Positions 63,078 through 64,000 of a stretch of 64,000 nucleotides of DNA are shown piece after piece. Location: positions 16,913-80,912 of the forward strand of contig JBKBRF010000032.1 of assembly GCA_046292385.1 (NCBI GenBank). The letters are read 5' to 3'. Position numbers and translations under genes: made by a program. The notes below the pieces were generated by a model. It was not told where the DNA came from, searched no databases, and saw nothing but the letters and a program-made list of their open reading frames with translations. Source of the DNA: Armatimonadota bacterium (lineage in GTDB: Bacteria; Armatimonadota; SYMT01). How positions within the stretch are numbered: position 1 is the stretch's first letter; every line of letters starts with the position of its first letter.

Positions 63078-63701
63078 CTACAGAGACATGATCTCCACCC
63101 GCTGGTCGTCATTCAGGAACGGCGAGGCCTGCACCACCCGGTCCAGCGCCGCGCTCAGGAAGTGTCCGGCCGCGGTAACCAGCAGCCCCAGCAGCGCGAT
63201 TCCGCAGCCCGACTGTACGGCGGAGAGGAGTGCTGTCCAGAACAGATCCCCGGCGCTCGGGCCCGGCAGCCGATTCGCGAGGAGATCCCCGAAGGGTGGG
63301 GACAGCACGCGATTCGTGAAGGAGAGCACGGTGAAGAACACCACGATCGCCGCCACCCCGCCGAGCACGACCAGCAGCATGCCGACGTTCACCGCGACGC
63401 GTGCCGTGAAATACGCGTGCTGGTAGCGGGAGACCAGCCGGCGGAGGCGGCGGGCTCGAACCGTGCCAGGCTCGGGCGGCGGCGGCTCTTCCTCATCCTC
63501 AGTCGGCGGAGGCAGTAACAGCAATTCCCCCACCGGGCTCCAGTCCCGCGATCGCCGCAGGGTAAAGGCGGATTGTCCCCGCGCCTCAAGCACTTCGGCT
63601 TCCGGTGGGAACGGTGCCTCCGCGTGCATCGCCTGAAGCTGTCGAGGGAAGTACGGCCCTTCGATCCGCTCGCCCGGTCCACGTCGAAGATAGTAGCGCA
63701 T
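63078..63701 (-). CDS. Hypothetical membrane protein with GYF_2-like N-terminus
   Basis: YYL..G..IEGPY...QL..M...W.PV.EL followed by two TM helices. Confidence 0.55.
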   Translation of the reverse strand: MRYYLRRGPGERIEGPYFPRQLQAMHAEAPFPPEAEVLEARGQSAFTLRRSRDWSPVGELLLLPPPTEDEEEPPPPEPGTVRARRLRRLVSRYQHAYFTARVAVNVGMLLVVLGGVAAIVVFFTVLSFTNRVLSPPFGDLLANRLPGPSAGDLFWTALLSAVQSGCGIALLGLLVTAAGHFLSAALDRVVQASPFLNDDQRVEIMSL

Positions 63702-63960
63702 CTCCAGAGCCTCCTCCCCGCGCAAGTGATGGAGTCACAGCACGGCCGATGCCGCAACCAAGCCCGCGTCGGCGGGAGATTGCTTGGCTAGGCGAGAACC
63801 TCATCGCTCCGAGGGTTCACCCCGCGCCAGATACCGTTGGCGAGCTCAGCCGGGCAGGTGGGTTACCGGTAGCAGAGCGCTCCGGCGAGATTCCCCTGGC
63901 GGGGAAGCGGTGGCAAGTGTCACACGCTGTAAAGTTGGTGCGCCCCGGGGCGCAGAGTAT

Positions 63961-63985
63961 GTTTTGCCGGCTGCAGGGCGGGTAC
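63961..63985 (+). promoter_or_regulatory. SigB/SigF-type promoter candidate GTTT-N15-GGGTAC for a gene beyond the window
   Basis: Spacing and motifs match the 49621 site; downstream gene not visible. Confidence 0.3.
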
Positions 63986-64000
63986 TCGCTTTACAGCCGG

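Noticed and set aside
63790..63960. Possible cobalamin riboswitch (GGGAA..CGGTG-like)
   Set aside because: Only a fragmentary match; B12 box and stems not found

Overview
High-GC (roughly 70% by eye) bacterial chromosomal segment; gene style suggests Armatimonadota or a similar Terrabacteria lineage (inference). About 48 CDS. Core genes: uvrA, purD, purB, ileS, dnaE, a gabD-like ALDH, a moaD-moaE fusion, DksA/TraR and DciA/DUF721. Also present: several peptidases (M32, M3B, M48, S41, an M16 pair), a two-component pair plus ECF sigma/anti-sigma cluster, a GntR(YtrA)-ABC operon, a Tat-exported molybdoenzyme with an Fe-S partner but no adjacent membrane anchor, a GH29 fucosidase, an MscS-cNMP channel and an AAC(6')-I-like acetyltransferase. 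I saw no tRNA, rRNA, CRISPR array, transposase or integrase. Intergenic DNA is rich in REP/MITE-like elements, including a ~600 bp fold-back palindrome. The strongest unexplained signal is the divergent dnaE / DUF5343-like intergenic region (57719-58272). Both predicted leaders carry helically phased CCGAC-type motifs (seven units at exact 11 bp spacing before the DUF5343-like gene; 20-32 bp spacings before dnaE), two more copies sit in a near-consensus promoter spacer, and a LexA-like box shared with uvrA overlaps the dnaE -35. This is a candidate cooperative DNA-binding system linked to the replicative polymerase; it is an inference from sequence only. Family names come from motif recognition, not database searches.
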